DNA from: Amoebidium appalachense
Lineage: Eukaryota; Protista; Ichthyosporea
Reading direction: 5' to 3'
Assembly: GCA_963693365.1 (NCBI GenBank)
Contig: CAVNZM010000003.1
Coordinates: 3,791,106 to 3,855,105, forward strand
DNA length: 64,000 nucleotides
Below are positions 39,937 to 64,000 of the stretch, piece after piece. The notes below the pieces were generated by a model, which did no database searches, had not been told where the DNA came from, and saw only the letters and a list, made by a program, of their open reading frames with translations. The number at the start of each line of letters is the position of its first letter. Position 1 is the first letter of the stretch. Both the position numbers and the translations under genes were made by a program.

Positions 39937-40629
39937 AAAAAGAAAAATTTAAAAGAAAGAAAGAAGCACACACCTGGCACTAGCTAGACACACAAGTAAA
40001 TCTACATGCATGTACACACCCAACCAGTGGCACTGGCAAGGAAGAAGAAAACAAAGAATTGGGGGAAGAAACAGTACAAACCAATTTAACAAGGATACAT
40101 CAAAACCACCATTCCATCCATACACAAATTTACCTTACCCATGGCCTCAAATATGACTAAACAACTAACCACTTATTAGTCCGTCCACATTGCCGGTCTC
40201 TCCACCGCAACAAACCAGACAACATCTCTGTATGCTCTGCTGTTAGCGGCCGGCGAGCTTGTGCATGCCATAGGCAGAGCCTTAGTCGAAGTTTCCCGAA
40301 AAGCATTAGGACGCCGAAGTTTCCCGAAAAGCATGAGGACGCGCGAAGCTGCCATGTTTGGCTATTATTTATCTTTCCAGATAGGGGCTACAAAAAACCC
40401 AAATTTGGCAGCTGTCAGTGGATCACTCTGGGATAACGACGCAATCTAGGTGTGATGTTCACCAATCAATTGTTAGAAAGCTATTGCGCTCTACCATATC
40501 GAGATAAAGTATGGATGACGCTCAGCTGGGAAGATAAGGAGGCCCTGTGGCCCTTGCGGTCAGGCTGTCGAACTGCAGAGTCTCACCTACCGCTTTGTCA
40601 TCTGAGAAGAAAACAGAGAAAACATAGTA

Positions 40630-40953
40630 GAGTTCAAGTTTTCAGCCGGGAGATCCGAGCCTAGAACTTTTAATTTTGGGGGGGGGTGCTGTGGTTCTTT
40701 ACGCAGGCACACGAGCAGATTTATCGATACAGGCGAGCAACTTGAGAGAAGGGAAGGGTTTGTAGGTTCGCATGGTGCACACTCCTTCCAGAAGAAAACG
40801 ACGCAGATGATCCGAAGTTTTTCAGCCGAGCCCCTCCGGGAGATCTATGTAAAACTTTCAAGTTGGGGGTTTTTGGCAGCTCTTTCTTTGAGCAGGCAAC
40901 AGAACAGCGAGAGTCATTGAGAAAAGGGAAGGTTCGTGGGTTCGCATGGTGCA
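40630..40953 (+). repeat. Imperfect ~180-bp direct repeat immediately upstream of paralog B
   Basis: AAGTTTTCAGCCG...GGGAGATC...GCAGGCA...TTGAGA.AAGGGAAGG..TTCGCATGGTGCA at ~40630-40780 and ~40812-40953. Confidence 0.75.
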
Positions 40954-40979
40954 TAACCGCCACCGCTATTTCCTTCAAG

Positions 40980-42923
40980 ATGCCTCTTGTGTGTGGGACT
41001 ATGAACGGCAGTGGAGGCTACGTGCTAAGTTGGGGTAACAGGGGGCTTTGGGCGTGCGGAGGTTACATACCGCAGGTAGGCACTTCTCAAAACCGCATGC
41101 ATAAACAATGCACAAGGAAAAGTCGGGAGCTCCATGAGTGTGTGTATATGTCCCTGTGCTTTCTATGATGCGTGCGCAGGCGTCTAGTTGTACTCGTGCA
41201 CCTTGTTATTAGTCATTGTAGCGTTTTCCTTTTTCCTTTTCCAGCAGTTGTATTAGCTCACGCTCTCTATGAACAGACTTTGTGTTCTCTTCAAGCCTGC
41301 TTTTGGTTGGCTTTTGAGTTTGAATGTCTGTGTGTTCAAGAAGTCTGTGTGTGGATATGAAACGACTTTCAAGAGTCACTCACAAACCATATTCTACACA
41401 CGGACGATTTTATCCAAACACACACAACTATGGTAGTCCTAACACAAAACATCAACATGCAGGGTTTGCGCAATAAGCTGAAAGGGAGGCAGCGGAACCT
41501 CCCTGGGGTTTCCTTCGTGTGCATCGGCGAAGATGATCAAGATTACTTCGTGTCGTTTGTCGACGGAGCCTACTCGTACTGCCTTCCGCGTCACATTTCC
41601 AATGCCATTCAGAGTCGTGGATTACGTCCTACCCATGTTGCCCTGGGCCCAAATGAGACCTATGTGGTCGTTTCCGAAGATGGTCATGTAGTGTGGGATG
41701 GTGATGTTCCGGAATCCTTGCAGAAGCTGTTAAGAAACACAAGGAATGGAGAAGTCAAGCAGATTTCCTTAGGGCAGGGTGGAACATACTTCGTTAAGTT
41801 TTCCACCGGGGAGTGCTGGTGCCACGTACGCGAGCCTCTCTTGTCCGTCTTGCGCAGCGCTTCGGCAGAAGCAATTAAGATGGTTTCCTTGTCGCCTGAT
41901 TCCGACGAATACATCGTGGTGATTGGTAATAGAACACTCTTCCACACGCACAACAAAGCTTTAGAAGATGCCGCATGCGATTGGATGGACCCTTCTGACA
42001 TCTATTACTCCAACACTTCCATTTCCCCGTACTTTCAAGATCGAGGTTCCGTTTACAAGCTGGCTGATGACTTGAAATACGATAAGGCAAGGAAGCTTGT
42101 GCTGCGTGTCCCCAAGATAAGGGTAGTGAAGGTTAACGGGAGGTTCTTTACTTTGGACAACAGGTGGGTGGCTTCATCTCCTATTGCACGCTTTTCCCCC
42201 TACTTATAAAAAATCCAAAATCCCCCCCCCCTCTCTCTCCCACACACACAAAAACACATAAAAACATATTAGCCTCCCAAGTCTCTTCTCTCACAGTAAA
42301 TAAGCACCCTGAGTGCTTTTCACTTTTCACAACTTGACAACCCGCCTTCTCCCTTCCTCCTTACGTTCCATCCTCTAGCGCGTTTGCCCCCAACCCCCTC
42401 CTCCCTCCCCCCCCCCCCCCCCCCCCATTCAACTCTTCACATCCTCCCCTCCCCTTTACACCTGCCTCCTCTTCTGCCATGTCTCTCTTGGATGCCTCCT
42501 GCCATCTCCTCCCCTTGCACCTCCCAGTATAACCCTCCTCCCAAACAATTGCCCCCCTCCCTCCCCCCCCCCCCCCCCCCCCCCATACACACACGCATTT
42601 CCCCCCCAACCTCCTATGTGCTTTCACTATAAACGTCTAGGCGTGTTCAAATCCCCCCACCCGCCCCACTCCCACCCCACCATCTCCTTCCCCTCCCCCC
42701 TCGCCCTCTGACTCGAGTTTCCCTCTTTCCTCCTTGCAGGCGCCTGTTTGCTTTCCAGCAAGCGGGGCTCGACTTTGTGCCGGTGCTTCAAGTTCTCGCT
42801 ATTGACATCAGCACCAAATTGGCACGCAAATTGGTTAACTTCAAGGGTTCTGGGGTTGCTGTGAGTGGGCCTCGACACGACAGCGAGCTTACGCCTATTG
42901 ATTCTTGGAGTAGTGATGTATGA
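40980..42923 (+). CDS. Paralog B: five 'LGPxGxY' repeats plus C-terminal ParB/Srx-like (Tox-ParB-type) domain
   Basis: Exons 40980-41075, 41463-42163, 42740-42923. MDPSDIYYSNTSISPYFQDRGSVYKLADDL...VPKIRVVKVNGRFFTLDNR|RLFAFQQAGLDFVPV. Introns at IPQ| and DNR|R match paralog A. Confidence 0.9.
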
Positions 42924-43668
42924 TTACTTCTATTGAGTGTATGTGTAGGTTGGGCTGAATGCATAGTAAACTATAGCAGGCTTTAGCTGCTAGGTGTGTT
43001 TAGATTGGGTCTAGAGCGCATATTGACTGTCACTAATACCTAGCAGGTCTGTCTAACAGGAGAGTTGAGCCTGCCTGCAAAGACACGTGTGTGGTTTGAT
43101 GTGCTGACAAAAAAATTATTATTTGTAGCCTCGTTTGCTGGCTTCAGTGTAGCTTTGGTAAAGAGTGCCTGTGCATTGATAATGATTTGGTACGGTTGTA
43201 ACGTTGCACGTGGGTATAAGGTGTAGGGTATTGCTTATTGGCTGGGTGGATGCATGAGCAAGTGTGCTGTTAGAAACTCGTAAACGCTTTGCTGGGGTGG
43301 AGGGGAGGGGTTGGTGCCTGATTTAACGATAGGGAAGGTGGGGCTGGGCGGCGGGGACGGGGGGGTAGGGGAGAGAGAGAGAGAGAGAGAGGAGGGGGAG
43401 GGAGAAAGAGAGAGAGAGGGGGGAGGGAGGGAGGCCTAGGCGGAGAGACTCGGAGAGAGAGAAAGGAAAGGGGGCGGGGGACAAGGGAGGATAGGGATGG
43501 CACAAACAGGGGAATAATTTAGTTTCCTTTCTGTATACATGAACCTTTTGGTCCCTTATGTACCTACTATGGCATGTATATATACCAAAACAAAGTTTTC
43601 ACAAAAACGAAGAAAAGATAGGTTTTTTTTTGGCTAGCAAGCCACTCACGCATCACCCTAGATGAAAC

Positions 43669-43680
43669 TTTGGCGCCAAA
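43669..43680. promoter_or_regulatory. Palindromic E2F-type site TTTGGCGCCAAA
   Basis: Perfect 12-bp palindrome ~190 bp upstream of the CDF ATG; function inferred only. Confidence 0.3.
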
Positions 43681-43871
43681 CTGCCATCCACCAATGAACG
43701 CTCGCTGAGCCAAGATGATATGTTTAGATTAGTCCGGCTAAGTTTATGGGGATTCCTTTTCCTGGGTCCCTTCTCCGTGTGTGTGTTTTTCAGTTTTTTT
43801 TTTGTGACATTCTGTGTGCACGGCGATAGTTTTTCCTCTTTCTCTTCTTTGTGTTGTAGCGTGGCATAAAA

Positions 43872-50259
<6,388 letters not shown>

Positions 50260-51058
50260 TGGGTGGATGGAATTAGCCTTATTTGGAGATAAACGGGGCT
50301 TGTGATTGGTTGAAACCTTTGACCTTTTTCGGGTGTTTGTTCAATTGATCACCAATCAGAAAACTCGTGAGTTTTTTTGCGCTTTAAACTATGAGAAAGC
50401 TTGTAGGTATCAAACGAATCTGGAGGAGTCTTTGGCTGTTTCTCTTCCTCTGTTGATAGTCTTAGTTTTTATCCTAGGTGTACTGTGATATACATACACA
50501 GATAAATGATTAGCTAATTAGTTTGTACACATATGCATATGGGTACACATCAATCAGCATGCACACATTCCAACATACACAATTTGGGCTTATGGCCATT
50601 TTTAATGCACATGCTAATGACGGACACTGGCTTGATCTTTTTTGTCTTCTTTTTTTTTTAAAAAATTAGCCGTATGCTATATCATTTATTGAGCACACAG
50701 TTTTATCCGCCCCGTGAAGGCGTGCGTACACGTTTGTTTGTGTGTTTGTGAGGTGACACAAAGGTATTTCAATCCGGTTCAATACGATATGAATGTATAG
50801 TTGTTGATAATTTGTTCATTGTAATCCTGCTGATAATCCTTTTATTGTAATCTCGATGTGTTGTTGATTTGGGTTGTCAAACACCATGCAAACCATGCAC
50901 ACATATCCGTAAGGTTCGTTGCACATTGCATGTGTATAAAGGGCAGTTCGAAAGAACTGCTACCAGACATATGTAAAGGAAAGCCTACAATATATTCTTC
51001 CAGGCCATATTGGGAATAAACAGGTCAAAGAACAACTCTACAGTTTTCATATATTTAG

Positions 51059-51109
<51 letters not shown>

Positions 51110-51328
51110 ACCCACACACACAGACACGCCACCACTACCACCACCACCACCACGGCAAACACACACACACACACACGAGCACCCAATAAAACAAAGAGGA
51201 AGAAAAGGAACGACACGAACAAGACGAAAAATGGTCTCCGATCTTACTTGTAGGCTAATCGTAGTTCCTGCAATACGCTTATATGTACTATGGTTCCACA
51301 ATATTGCACAAAGGACACACTAGTTAGC

Positions 51329-51401
51329 AGCCCTTTTACCCGCAACCCATGTCCCCAAGTCAGAGCAGCCCTTTTACCCGCAACCCATGTCCCCAAGTCA
51401 G
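51329..51401. repeat. Near-perfect tandem duplication, ~39-bp period
   Basis: GCCCTTTTACCCGCAACCCATGTCCCCAAGTCAG occurs twice. Confidence 0.9.
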
Positions 51402-51672
51402 CCCTGTGAACAAACACCCAACTTTGATGCCACAACACGAGCTCTTGCAAGACAACAAACAACACAATTATAATCAACGGGCTGTAAAACTCTAAAACCG
51501 ACCTTGAACCAATCAAATCAATAAGTTACAACCAACCATACATACACACTATAATACCTCTATAACGTAATCAGTTCTGCGGCCGCTTGGCCATTAAGTT
51601 TTAAAACAGGCCGTAAACCAATCAAATCAATAAACTAAACCACGATGCACACCTACGACACACATTATGTTA

Positions 51673-64000
<12,328 letters not shown>

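Overview
Intron-dense eukaryotic DNA, probably a unicellular opisthokont (inferred from a USP19-like gene together with a fungal-type monofunctional homoserine dehydrogenase and a plant/fungal-type Mn-CDF). Introns are packed with poly-G/poly-C, (AC)n/(GT)n, (GA)n and (GCAC)n tracts, so almost all ORFs in the supplied track are artefacts. Manual splicing (GT-AG, phase-consistent) gives eight genes: a CS-domain USP19-like deubiquitinase (-, runs off the left edge), a NUDT12/NudC NADH pyrophosphatase (+), an intronless Trp-repeat protein of unknown function (-), homoserine dehydrogenase (+), a divergent pair of paralogs fusing five ~40-aa 'LGPxGxY' repeats to a ParB/Srx-like (Tox-ParB-type 'SLDNRRL') domain, a Mn-type CDF transporter (+), and the stalk and tail of a kinesin-5 (-, runs off the right edge). 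Non-coding features include a long-TIR MITE, an orientation-biased intronic repeat family ending in poly-C, many (AC)n-only splice acceptors, and recurrent degenerate copies of splice-junction sequence inside introns. The best candidate for an undescribed system is the repeat+ParB/Srx paralog pair at 34-43 kb. No database searches were run; family calls come from motif recognition.
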